Assembly: GCA_002633005.1 (NCBI GenBank)
Contig: NMRA01000284.1
Coordinates: 222,742-267,423 of the forward strand
Length of the DNA: 44,682 nucleotides
DNA from: Phoronis australis
Taxonomy: Eukaryota; Animalia; Phoronida
Reading direction: 5' to 3'
Part shown: piece after piece, positions 22,101 to 43,037 of the stretch
Layout: every line of letters starts with the position of its first letter
How positions within the stretch are numbered: the stretch's first letter is position 1
The notes under the pieces: generated by a model
Database searches by the model: none
Told to the model about the DNA's origin: nothing
Seen by the model: only the letters and a program-made list of their open reading frames with translations
Position numbers and translations under genes: made by a program

Positions 22101-24724
22101 ATTTTCATCGAAGTCAATATGTTGGTTTTCAGACCTCAAAAATTGATAATGAATGAGGTGGAGCAGATGATTACAATATAGTAATTAATGTAAGGTTGCT
22201 ATGATTGGGCTTTCTAAGATGTGACATATATTCAGTCAACCAATTACTAGTTTTTCACACAAAACGACATGCAGAGATTTTAATAAAACCCCCAGGAAGT
22301 GTTTAGAATTGTCAGAAGAATAAAAGATTACATTTTGGGAAATTGTTTTGAAAGCATACAGTGATAATTTTTGGGGCAAAGCAATCGGCATATACACCTT
22401 ATTCATGCAGTCGGCATTCAAAAGTGAGCCTCTTTTTGGGTTTAAAAAACATCGCATTCTGGCATGCCACATTATATTTATGTCTCAAATGCATTTTTTT
22501 TAAACCTCAGTACTAAAATGGTGACTGCACGAATAAGGTCAATGGCATTGGTTATATTAACGCGACTGCAGATTCTGTGTCACTGGTAAAATCCATGCAA
22601 ACAAAGTGTATTGAAAGTCAATGAACGTTGCTGGGGTCTGATATTTAGGTTCTCCGAGGGTTTGCTAATAGTGTTCTTTAAAGACAAGTCAGAACACAAA
22701 AATGGCTTTCAGTGACTGAATAATTCCGCAAAGGTAAGACATAACTTCAATAAAGAATTTACAACAACCCATAGGGTTATAGGCATAGTAGCCATAGACC
22801 TAATTCACGCCGACAAGAGGCGCGTTCCAAAACGAGGCTCACTATGATAGCTCTGTTGACTTATTGACATAGTTGTATTCTGCGTTTCTCGAACAGCTAG
22901 AAAAAATTCGGAAATTCATCTCTCTGGTACAATCCCTATGGAAATTGAGATTCGGAAGCGTTGGGCCGTTGCCATACGCCGTGATGAAGGAAAATATGTC
23001 CATGTTAAAATTATAAATGTTTTCGAAAAGTTAGATCATATTTTGTCGCATATTGGTAGTGCCGAGCATCACAACGGGGGAATCTTCGGCCAGCCAGGCT
23101 CTGTTTTCATGACTACGGGTTAAAACATGATGTATTTTTCTCTCCAAAAAGGACAGGGTCCACAATCCCTCGATTTTGGGGCAAAATTATCATCCCTATT
23201 CTCCTCTAAAAATATTAAAAAATCACGCGAAATTCCCCACACGAGGCCCAAAAAAATTCCCCTAGCGACTGAAAAATTCTCTTTGAATTTCAATTCATCT
23301 AACCACACACAGGTTACAATTTGAAAGAGCACAAAATTCTACTTGAGACAGAGCCTATGAGAATTTACAACAAGGCGGATGGTGATCGGGAGGTAAATTT
23401 TCCCCTCACTCGGCGAAAAAATTCCCCTCTCAGAAGGCATAGGCACCTTTACCCTCGGATGAACGAGGCCCCTGAAGAAACATGATAACTATGCTTGCTC
23501 TCTCCAGTTTTGAGTTAACTAAATTTGAGCTCTGAAACGAGGTTATGCTTTGGATGAACGAATTAGGTACGTGTTTTAATTTTAAAATTCAACTTGGTCC
23601 AGATTGACATTTGAAACCTTACACATGAAATAGACGAAAGAATTATTAAAACCAAGAAAGCAGAATTGATGGTGAAATACTTTTTATTTTCAATTACCAG
23701 CACGGTTATTTAATTTAATAAAAATATATATTTAATAATATCAATTATTCTTTCAGATCAATGACAAATCAACTATTAGTCCCGGTAGTCCCTACCTCAC
23801 CTGGACCTAAGCTATGCTTGATCAACAAATTAAACCAGATGTGACTAATTGCACATCACAGCAAAATGTGATGAGCCACCACTGTCGAATATATCTTTAA
23901 CTCATCAACAATAGGAGCACATGACCTGGTTCGTATAGAAAGCATTATAAAAATTTACACATGAAGAAGAAACGTAACCCTACATTCACCATAATACCTA
24001 TTCAATTTCCGTAACACTACGATCGCCAGTTTGGTCATATCTACTTTTTATGATTCGAACCTAGTTTTCCGAAAAAATATACCCTTTCGTCAGACAACTT
24101 TTTGGTGCATTGACTTGTTCTCTAATGTATTTTTCTACATATCTGTAGTTAATTATCGAGACATTTTTAAGGTTTCATATCCAGGTTGGACTCGAAAGAC
24201 CGGCCATTTAACTCACGCAATGTCATCTTCCGCTTTGTTTATCGCAGTGAGCCTCGCTTTGGATTTTAATGTCCGCCATGTGAGTTAGGTCTATATAGTA
24301 GCATTTCCAATTAAGTATAACGCAATATGTCATGTGCCAAAACGTCCAATATTTAAATCACTCAACTGTAAGTGTAAGCAACACAGGTTAGGAGATTTCA
24401 GGAAGTTATAATTTCTCTGTGTTTACCTCCTATGATTGTTCTGATGAGAGACGCGTGACCCGGACAATCTACTAACGTATATTGAAGCTTCTCGCCATCC
24501 CCGACACCGACGGCTTTCCCCAAATGCGACGGCAGGTCAATAGCAAAACACGAAAATCCTAGGTCAAGAGTGATTCCACGCTCTCTACTTTGAGGATTTT
24601 TATCAAAACTTGCTGTACTGGCAGTTGTGCTCAGTGCTTTGACTAAACTTGTTTTGCCGCTGTCCACATGACCCAAAACACCAACATTAAAGTTCAGTGT
24701 CTTTCCCATCATGGGCGCAGACAT
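15981..24724 (-). CDS. EEFSEC: Selenocysteine-specific translation elongation factor (eEFSec/SelB), 7 coding exons, about 575 aa
   Basis: Exons 24724-24427, 21952-21783, 20921-20832, 20174-19989, 19479-19396, 18778-18037, 16138-15981 join in frame over GT-AG introns (1728 nt). GTPase motifs GHVDSGKT, RGITLDLGF, DCPGH, NKVD; eEFSec-type DHCFSIRGQGT, SMQMF, GDRVG, CRLAFHG and C-terminal FKRFLFD. Start taken at 24724 (AAAATGT); an in-frame ATG at 24745 is an alternative. Confidence 0.96.
16311..16483. mobile_element. Small MITE in EEFSEC intron 6
   Basis: AT|TGACCTATCGC ... GCAATAGGTCA|AT inverted ends. Confidence 0.55.
17177..18040. repeat. Minisatellite, 60-bp unit with 48-bp variants, about 15 copies, at the start of EEFSEC intron 6
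   Basis: Unit gtgtttgtacaaggcactacctccagaccggtagacagctccccagagcacccttacctg; tacc anchors at 17231, 17291, 17351, 17399, 17459, 17519, 17579, 17627, 17686, 17734, 17794, 17854, 17914, 17974, 18034. Confidence 0.98.
18037..18778 (-). CDS. EEFSEC: EEFSEC coding exon 6
   Basis: GDRVGVCVTQFDPKLLERG...GSRLDTDIHTNTCRLAFHG...GGFGQSGKYKVRIP; donor CCAG|gtaagg, phase 1. Confidence 0.95.
19396..19479 (-). CDS. EEFSEC: EEFSEC coding exon 5
   Basis: tttcag|TVEIPSLKVTKKVKSMQMFRQPVDMAMQ|gtaggt. Confidence 0.93.
19989..20174 (-). CDS. EEFSEC: EEFSEC coding exon 4
   Basis: GPFIFSVDHCFSIRGQGTVITGTVLSGSVRVND; donor GAT|gtaagt. Confidence 0.95.
20248..20446. mobile_element. MITE in EEFSEC intron 3
   Basis: TIR CAGAGGCAGATCTAC / CAGTGGCAGATCTAC (14/15), poly-G tract inside left end; flanks TACCC/TACCT. 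Confidence 0.75.
20832..20921 (-). CDS. EEFSEC: EEFSEC coding exon 3
   Basis: MSKRVLKTLESTRFAQSPVVCVSAKPGGPE; donor GAG|gtgagt. Confidence 0.92.
21783..21952 (-). CDS. EEFSEC: EEFSEC coding exon 2
   Basis: ttggcag|GT; AQIIDLMLLVIDVTKGIQTQTAECLVIG...NKVDL; donor AAG|gtatta. Confidence 0.95.
22796..24292 (+). mobile_element. Non-autonomous ISL2EU-like DNA transposon with THAP relic in EEFSEC intron 1
   Basis: AT flanks; TIR AGACCTAATTCAC / AGACCTAACTCAC extending to shared tccaaa.cgaggctcact; THAP-like PMEIEIRKRWAVAIRRDEG at 22935-22990. Confidence 0.7.
24427..24724 (-). CDS. EEFSEC: EEFSEC coding exon 1 (G1-G3 motifs)
   Basis: LNFNVGVLGHVDSGKTSL...LVDCPGHASLIRTIIG; donor G|gtaaac, phase 1. 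Confidence 0.95.
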
Positions 24725-25201
24725 TTTGGATTTATGACGTAACATCCGGAAATTTTGGAGTACATTTTTTTAAATATATAACTTTATAAAACATTTTGGA
24801 CTAATTTTTCAAATTTTTGTCCCTGCTAAAACATTCGATTTGTTTAACTTAAGGATATACAATGAAATAATACCAAAGCCACCATATTCGTTTTAGAGTT
24901 CGGTTATTTCCGTGAAAACGTCTGTCAGATTCCGAAGGCAGACCCGAGATTGTCGCTTGCAGTGTTTGTGCTAGTAATCTTGTGTTACTGTTAGCCTACG
25001 TTTTAGAATGTTTGCAGGTAAAAGCAAGCAAATCAGGCTTCGGGTGATGTACAACATGAACACTTAGGGTGGGTGAAGCTATTTAAATGCAATGAAAATG
25101 ACAATTGAAATTTGATCCGGGAATTTTGCTGATCATAATTTATGCTGGGATACATTCCCGTTCGGTGTTCGGCTGTCAACTGAAATCGTGAAAAACTAGA
25201 C
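24725..25201. promoter_or_regulatory. Putative bidirectional promoter and 5' UTRs shared by EEFSEC and WDR47
   Basis: Divergent start codons only about 480 bp apart; ETS-type CCGGAA at 24746-24751. Transcription starts cannot be seen directly. Confidence 0.65.
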
Positions 25202-34778
<9,577 letters not shown>

Positions 34779-35660
34779 CGAACAAGCAGATCATCAGAGT
34801 ACATCTTTGCTGTGCTTTTTGAAGTGTGCTGTTCTGGGTGAGAAACAGCGACAGATGTTAGTCTCTTGACAGCAATCGTGGAATTTCATCAGTTTCCGTC
34901 TTTTGTTAAAGCTGGGATTTACGTAATATTCTCACCGATATAGCCCACAAAAAGCTGCCTTGAAGACTGAGCAGTTTTGATAACATGTTGCATGGGAGTC
35001 GACTTGTAAGAAACTCAAAAGTTTTGGCAAATTCCTTTTCTGCAAGCTGAACACTTTGGAACTGCTTTGGAATACCTTGGCAAATGGTCAGGTAGAATTA
35101 ATTGCACAAACCTAGGGACGTCATAATGCAGTGAACGGTTTATAGTTTGGTAAATATGGCAGGCTTTCATAAGTGTTGTGTCGTGTTGTTAGCATGTAAG
35201 ATGGACAGTACAAGACAAAATGTAGTGAGACAAAATGACAAGGAATTCCATCATGATGGCTGGGTGGAAGGCAAATCCACTGCCATAGTAGTCTTCCCGT
35301 GTGACAAAGCATGAAAGAGAATTAACAGTGTGGGAGAAGTTAGTAAAGTGGCTAAGCCATTGTGTAATTTGAATTTTGCCATCCTAATGGTTATTAACTG
35401 TAATGTTTGCTGCTAACAGAATTAGCTGTCATGACAGGGAAAATGGTACGTTGTCAGATTTCTTCTGTCTTGTACTGTACCCATAAGCAGTGTTCACTTC
35501 TGCCTTGTACTGTACCCATAAGCAGTGTTCACCTGCTAAGTATGGTAGAAATGAACATGTTGATCTTATTGATACTTAAAATTGATGTATTGGTGTTAGC
35601 CATTAGCTGCTGATATTCCATTGTCTTTGACCCGCTATGAAAGATGGGGGACTTTTTATG

Positions 35661-35855
35661 CACCAGGTGGCGCTAATGAATAAAGGCTCCACTTTGTATT
35701 CACCAGGTGGCGCTAATAAATAAATACTCCACTTAGTATTCACTAGCTGCCACTTATAGAACTATGCTCCACCTTGTTTTCACTGGGTAGCATTCATAAA
35801 TAAAGGCTCCACCTTGTATTCACCAGGTGGCACTAATGAATAAATGCTCTACCTT
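35661..35855. repeat. 40-bp tandem repeat, 5 copies, downstream of the WDR47 stop
   Basis: caccaggtggcgctaatgaataaaggctccactttgtatt-type units at 35661, 35701, 35741, 35781, 35821. Confidence 0.92.
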
Positions 35856-38256
35856 TAACACTGGAAGGGTCTGAAAGCTTGGACAGTCGAGCTTGAATAA
35901 GGTTGTGTACTTTCATTCTTGATTAATATCGTCAGCATGGTTTAATCAAGTCCAATGAATTTAATGTTGTTCCGGTGGTTATTATATAGAGGTTCATGAT
36001 GTGTTAAAGGATTTTTTGAAAAACGCTTTTGGATATCACGAATCGAATTGCAATAATGCACTGGTATATAAATATTGCAGGTTGCATGGTGGTAAATGTG
36101 ATGGTTTCAAGACACTATTAGTGTGTTGTGCCAAATTGATCGTCAAGTTACATATATTTTGCTTCTTAGTCGACTTGTTATCGCAGTTTTTGTGTAACGT
36201 TATTCCAAATACTTCCACGTCGCTGCGACAATATAAGTGCATTTACCCTGTGAGTGTTTGACAGGAAGGTGTTCAGAGCTGCTATAAATCCGCCTTGTCC
36301 AAAGTATCTTTCGACCTGTTCTTAACTCAGAAAGCTTTTGCAAGTTCCACCTGATGTGTTAATATACTCTCAGACCTCCCCAAGCCTGGGGGTTCTGTCT
36401 CATTGAATTGTTCCGATCTTTACATGGACTGAAATTGGACTAAGTCAAAACCAATTTGTATGTCATGAATTAAAACCGAAATCATTCTTAGCAAAGCACT
36501 TCTCTACTAGAAAAACTTAAAAGTCTGTCTATTACAGTAGATTTATAGTTTGAATGACAGAAAATTAGAATCACTGTAGAGTTAATGAATAAAATTTAGT
36601 GATACTTATTAACTGTTTTTCAGTCTAATGGACCCAAACAATGTCAAATAGATCGTCTGCTTTCAATTTGGCAGGCGGCAAAGCAACACAAGTCACTTTT
36701 CCTGAAATAGACCCGAGAAGTTACTTCTTATCCATATTACAAAAAGTTGTGGTTTAAATCCAAGTGGTTTTTTGAATGCAGGCGGTTTAATAGCTACTTT
36801 GAGCACAGCAGGGCTTTGTTTGGATACATGAACAATCATGCCAAAAAAGTATACTCAGTTATAATTTATTTTGACTAGACTAATTTATTATCGTTTATGG
36901 ACTACTATTGAAGTGACAAGTTTTTGAGTGTAGTTTACCTGATATTAAAATCTAAGTTATTTATTTAATTTTTCGAACATTTTTGTTGATTGTCAATGCT
37001 TTAATTAGTGTAATGACAGCACAGTTGATATGAAATAAAGCTTGATAGTTGTTGTTTGAAAACTTTATTTATGCTTACTCCATCTGTAGTGTTGACTAGT
37101 GCTACAACAGAGTTGGTGTTCACTGCGGTACACATTGATCATAATTTACAATTTCTTTTTTCGACAAGTGGTTTTTAAATGAATTCAAATGAACCATTTC
37201 CATGAACTCGTGTGACTGGTATGTGATATAAATGGTTGATAAAAATTCCTAACTTATTGTAGCATGCCAGGTTTACATCAATCATAATCTTTTCAATTTC
37301 TTATCACTGAGCAATGATCAAAAAATGTTTTCCATGATCAGGTTGATGTTAGACCAATAATCATTTACCTTCAGCCTGACATGAATCCATACTAACCAAC
37401 ATGAGGGTGTAGAGTCAACCTTGGGGGGGTCGTCATAACCCAGAATTCAGAAAAGAAACTAGTTTCATCCAGATTCTATTTTATTCACAGAATGTCATTC
37501 ACTTGCAGCAATAACATGAAACAAGTTGGTTATGAACATTCTACAAGCGTGCATCATGAAATATTTGCCAAGCAATTTAGAAACAGCTAGAACACCCAAG
37601 TTCGAATGTAACAGGATACTCCTGTATGAACAGAATTGTAACCTGAAACCACAAGTCCCACTCCTACAAAGTGAAACCTCAAGCCAAAAACATTTAACAA
37701 GTGCTAGGTATGAGATGAACTCTGGGCCCTGAGACGCACACTGTGGGTAAATTCCGTCATAAACCAGGATTGCTGCTTGGTAGTAAACTGATCTATCTTG
37801 TATAAATAGAGGCATGGTCTGACTCGAAATTCCTGCGTGAGTATTTAACCAGCACCGTTTATGTATAATTTATTGACAGTTAGAATGACCACTGATTACG
37901 CACACAATAATTTATCACATTTACTTAATTGTCCTACTGCTTCACACCAAACAATTTACTCTTAATTGTGTAAAACAATCAGTAGTTCTAATGCAACATG
38001 CTGAACACAGTACATGTAGTTTACAAAAAATGACTAATTTTGTCGAAATTCGTGCAACTTCGTCAAACTTACGACATGCGCATGCTCCCAAATTTTGAGA
38101 AATACAATTCTTTTGAAAACTACGAACGTAACACAATGAATCTAATGTGTAACCTGACTGTGTTGCTCGAGGTCACAAAGACTAGACAATCGAGTAGTAT
38201 CAGAGTGCCTGCTCATGTCACAGTAGCGACACCTTTTGGACTAAGGAGGTGGTGAC

Positions 38257-38331
38257 TCATCCAAGGCTACCTGCCAGTTTGGCAGTTAGTTTGTTCCCTT
38301 TGGCCACTTCTCGCTCTTCGTCAGGCATTAT
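38257..38331 (-). CDS. C6orf136: C6orf136-like probable terminal exon
   Basis: ttttgtag|IMPDEEREVAKGNKLTAKLAGSLG-TGA. Confidence 0.75.
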   Translation of the reverse strand: MMPDEEREVAKGNKLTAKLAGSLG

Positions 38332-41300
38332 CTACAAAACAAAGTTTGAAAGGTGCGACAAAACTGCCTTGTGTCAAAAAATATTTTTATTCATAAAAAC
38401 CACTCGCTCTCGACCCAAACTAAAAGTTATTTCTGTATTTGAAACTCAATTCAAAAACTGACCAATCATATGTTATGCTTCAAGTAAACTTATAAATTCG
38501 TATTCGAATCATGTAGTACGACTAGTCGAGTCGGAGTCAAGTCCAAGTCCAGAAATTAGACCCAAGTTTTGGGAAAAACTGACAGGGAATTTTTGCTGAA
38601 CCTTTACAAAAAGCAATTGCAGGCGGTCTGATACATGTTGTACTAGACGTGCGCAGGCCTCGCATGTGGGCCCATTGCAGTGATCACCTGGAACTATTGT
38701 TATGCTTTATTAATGTATGGTTAAAACCAAGCTGAGGAGCTAGAAACCTGGCTCAAGGGTTTAGCAGTGTGACCTGGTGGAACTCACGACCTCGAATAAA
38801 GAAAGCAGGCACTTATCAACCAGGCCACACTGCCTCCCCTGCTGAACCTTTCGTCACAGTCAAAGTTCATAAAGTCGTAACCACCCACACCCTCCAAACG
38901 TTTTCTTACCCTGTCAACTTTATGTTTATGAATGAGTCCATCAGAGCCGACCCAGTACACAGAGAAAGCATCGTGCCACCTGAAATGCAACACAAGACAC
39001 AATGTTAAGTCCAGCACACCGCAAAATCTGCTTTTGCAAATGCCAGTACCAGCACAGGCAACTTACATGGACTTTCCAATGCATTCATGTATTCAGAGAA
39101 TACCATCCAATTTGAGTTTACTTACCTGGAGAATACTGAAGTCTGACTTGATTAAGTAGCATTAGGCAAATGTACTCTGCATTCCAAGACATTAACTTAG
39201 GTTAATGAAAAAGGGAAATTTTGGGAAATTGTTCTAGGCCAAAATTGGAGCTTTTTAAGTTTTTTGTAAATTATAGTAACCTCCAGTATAACTATCACCA
39301 TAGATCAAACCATTTATTGTGCATATATGTGACACCCTAGTGAAGCCTTACAGTTTTCAAAATTTCAACAAAATTTTCATACACTTCATGCACAGGGCTA
39401 ACCTTTGTCTATGTTGGCGGCAAGTGTTCTTTAAATTAATGCATTAGGTGCTGTTGAGACAAAACACCGATATCTGGCAAATTACATTCTGAAGACGCTA
39501 GAATCAGCAGCAGTCAGTGTTTTGTTCAACAGTATAACATCGTCACGTGACTTACTCGGATTCTCTCGTCAAGTTCTTACGATAAACCCATGGTAGGAAC
39601 TTCCAAACTTTGATGGCCTCAACCTGCGGCAGTCCTGAGATCCTCCACCTAACACGGACCGTACCATCCTCCTTATGGTGCGTGATCTTCAATATGACCA
39701 GCTTCACATTGGAGTAGCGCCAGTGAGCCCACCAACGTAGCTTGAGCATTTGGAACACGTACGACTGCAAACCGCTACAAACAAAAACTGGACAATGGAG
39801 TAATGTAGTACAAAGTATATGAATTCGGAGACTCAGCAAGGCCCTCGGCAACTAAATTTTGGCCCAGAATAGAGGCCTCGTCTCTCTCTGAAAAAACATT
39901 TTTAAAGAACACAAAATTCGCCATACAAGGCCCAATAATTCCCGTTGAGGCTGTAATTAATTTAATCTCGCTCAGACACCGATGTAACAAGGTCTTATTA
40001 TTTGGAAAAGTACAAACTTCACAGTCATGCCTTGTAGCCTCAACATAGTTCTGATTAGTTTAAGGCAAGTGGTGATCAGGTGATTACATAATATTGAGCA
40101 AAGACAGTTGTTCATGGGAGTCCTCAGGTCATTACCCAACACCCCTACAACTTAGGCAAGTTCAGTAACACCTAAAGGAATGGAAGGTGGTCTACACTGA
40201 GCACTGCATAAGGCAAAGGTTAAACTTACAAGAGGCGCAGTTGAGACGGCGCAGCCGACATGGAACAGCTGATCGGGCGGAAGTATGTTTGTAAACCAGT
40301 CTGACATGGCACAAGTTAACAGTGCAGCAGTCACTTTGAGACCAGTTTGAGAGGTAGAGCAAGCTGCACCCAATTAGTAACTCCAGTGTCAACTACACGT
40401 CTAAACACAATCTGGGGCAAGGCGGAAGTGACCACCTCCGTTACATTTGCGCAACAGTGTTTATGCTAGTACTATGATGGCATTCCACATAGTTTAGATG
40501 TTCACTATTGCTTGTACAAGTACAAGTACATGCAGACAGTCTACGTGATGCTGACCCAGTTTGCTATCTAATGTTGTGTAAATGCAAGTAAAGTGGGGTA
40601 ACTCGTGCCGTAACAACTCACGGCATGACATTTGTTCCTTGTGTAAAAACAGCTCAAGTCATGCTGTAAACTAGAGGAAAAGTAACCAGGAGGTTTTGAT
40701 CTGATCTCATTGCCCACCATAGCAAACATCGTCATCAGCATTCAGTGACAATGGCACTGAAAACTGATTCAGAATGGAGCCTTGAATCAAAGTTTCTGCA
40801 CTAAGCGAGTGTGATTCTTCGATCACTTATTACGTAAAAAATACTAAAAGCAAACCAGTTTCATGCACAGAAGAAAGATTTTGATACTTGACATTAGAGA
40901 ATGCACCGTTCCACCAATTTACATACGTCAAAAATCATCGAATGCAATCTCCTGAAGCCGTGGATAATTTGAGGTGTTTTCCTCAACAGTAGATAAAAAT
41001 GCTTAACAAAACTTACACAAATATTTAACATGTGCTACTAAGAACAGGAACTTACACAGTGGTACTTGGCTTTTCGTAAAAATTATTCTCCAGCACGATA
41101 TCTTTGTGGTAAATGCTATAGTCCGAGGTCTTGACGAAAAACGTAGGAAGCTGAAACACACAGAGTAAATAATGACGCAGCACAAACACAGTGACAGCAC
41201 TCGATTTGGTGACCAGCAGATTGCCTGTGCCACCTCAAACTGTGAAGACCTGGGAAAAATTCCAAGTCACCACGAGGTCGCTTCTGCGAGTAGCAAAGTC

Positions 41301-43037
41301 AGACAATAATTCCCTCTAAACGTGTTTCAAGATTTGTGTTGAATTTCAAACTTTAAATAAGAAAATATTTTCCTAGATTTATTACATTTTATTCACAATT
41401 GTTCCGTTTATTTCGTAAATTCAGCGCATATGCCACGTTTATTACAACAGAGAGTAAACAGACGGAAGTCTGAATAGTTAGGTAGAAATATCGGGCAAGA
41501 TTGGCGAAATTCACACCGCCAGCCCATGCTTTGCCTGCATACTCGTTCATTGGCAGGAAGAACAAACTGAGCTAATTGAGCTATATAATTATGTACAAAA
41601 ACGTACATAGATTTACCGTGGACATAGGGAAAGCATTGTGGCATTACAGCCGTACGCTTTTCTTTTTGGTAGATGAAAGCTTACATTCAACAGGAAACTT
41701 GAGAATTCGTCGGCGCTGAAGATGATGCTTAGTTTTGGCAACACAAGATTTTTGCCAAGTCGCTACATGCAACTTGGCATTGAGTCAATAAAACTTATGT
41801 ACACAAAATAACATTCAGTGACGCAAAGCTTAGTAGTCGTAATACTCCACATATTTTTGTCAGAACCAAATGCTCTTATAAGTTTCAAATGACGAGTATA
41901 TCTTTAATGGTGCATTTCCTTAACACACACACAAGTATGAAAGCAGACTGAGGAGCGACGGGTGAAATGGAATGAAAAAAGTTATGAGCAAAAAAAGAAA
42001 CTAAGCTACATTCATAAGAAAACAATAATATCAAAAGCATGGCCAATTTTCGTTTGACATAAATATTCCAAGGTGAAATCTCAAAAAACCATGACTACAA
42101 AACTATCATTTTGTTTTCGTGCTACGATACTTTTGATTTTTTTCAGAAATATCATAAAAGTCCTAACTTTATAGCCCCGTGCAAAACTGAGACACTTTAA
42201 AAACAATTCCTAAAAGAGTTTTGAGGAACATTAAATATCAGAATGTTTCATATGAATCCAATCAGCCCTTTCTAAGACATGATCTTCCAACATTAGTCAA
42301 ACTGGAATTTTTCTAGGGCCCTCCATAACGTTAAATAACATACAGGATGTCCTATTTCTGATGCATACCATGTCTGCCAGTCTATTGTGTATTTCAGCTA
42401 ACTGGGCCTCCGAAGGACCATGCTTTGGACCCATGTCTGGCTTCTCATCTTCAACTGGGCGACTGTTCACCTGACTGCTTAACATCCATTGTACACTGTT
42501 ATCGTTTATCAGTAAATTCCTGTCTACATTGTTTTTAATATGACAAGCTGGCATCTCATTTAAATGACGGCGCATTTTGAATATCACAGGTGAATGGTCA
42601 GTGCACAAAGCTCCACTAGACGTGTTGCCGGATTCTGAATACAGGTACAATGGAGTGTCCAACACCGACGTGCATCCAGGATGGGCTTGGTGCACAATTA
42701 TGTCATCGTCTCTAATTTCTAATGGCTGGGCGACCTGACCTATTTCACCAAACAATCGGACAGCAACTTCGCAGTCTTTGTACACTGCAAGAGGATGAGT
42801 GTCTGTCGTGGTGCTAGACGCGATGGCAGGTGGGTGATGCCATGGAAACAAGGACACCGAGGTGCCAAGTTGAGCACTTGCTGAAGAACGACTAAGCGAT
42901 TGTGGTTGGACATGAGACAGTTTACGTCTCACGTGTCTAACTATCTTTTTTCCTTGATATATGGCTACTCCCAGACGTGTGTTCTTTGGAATTACACCGG
43001 CAACTGGTAGGAATCTAGGGTCAGAGTAGTGCTCACT
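38257..43037 (-). CDS. C6orf136: C6orf136-like protein (DUF2358 family), 5' end incomplete
   Basis: Exons 43037-42369, 41150-41056, 39774-39556, 38979-38910, 38331-38257 join in frame. RLADM/LPTFFVKTSDYSIYHKDIVLEN, KLVILKITHHKEDGTVRVRWRISGLP, DAFSVYWVGSDGLIHKHKVDR/IMPD parallel recalled human C6orf136 motifs (LPKLF..HDYSLY, ARWRLVGLP, DAYSTFYLNSSGLICRHRLDKLMP). End of last exon less certain. Confidence 0.85.
38910..38979 (-). CDS. C6orf136: C6orf136-like exon
   Basis: tttcag|G WHDAFSVYWVGSDGLIHKHKVDR|gtaaga. Confidence 0.9.
39556..39774 (-). CDS. C6orf136: C6orf136-like exon
   Basis: tttgtag|C GLQSYVFQM...VRVRWRISGLP...|gtaagt. Confidence 0.9.
41056..41150 (-). CDS. C6orf136: C6orf136-like exon
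   Basis: tttcag|LPTFFVKTSDYSIYHKDIVLENNFYEKPSTT..|gtaagt. Confidence 0.88.
42369..43037 (-). CDS. C6orf136: C6orf136-like exon (long N-terminal region)
   Basis: tttcag|AGT acceptor, 223 open codons ending GPSEAQLAEIHNRLADM|gtatgc. Confidence 0.78.

Noticed and set aside
38185-38259. UGA run after the C6orf136-like stop
   Set aside because: A TAG follows within about 24 codons; unremarkable, and a reminder that short UGA runs occur by chance
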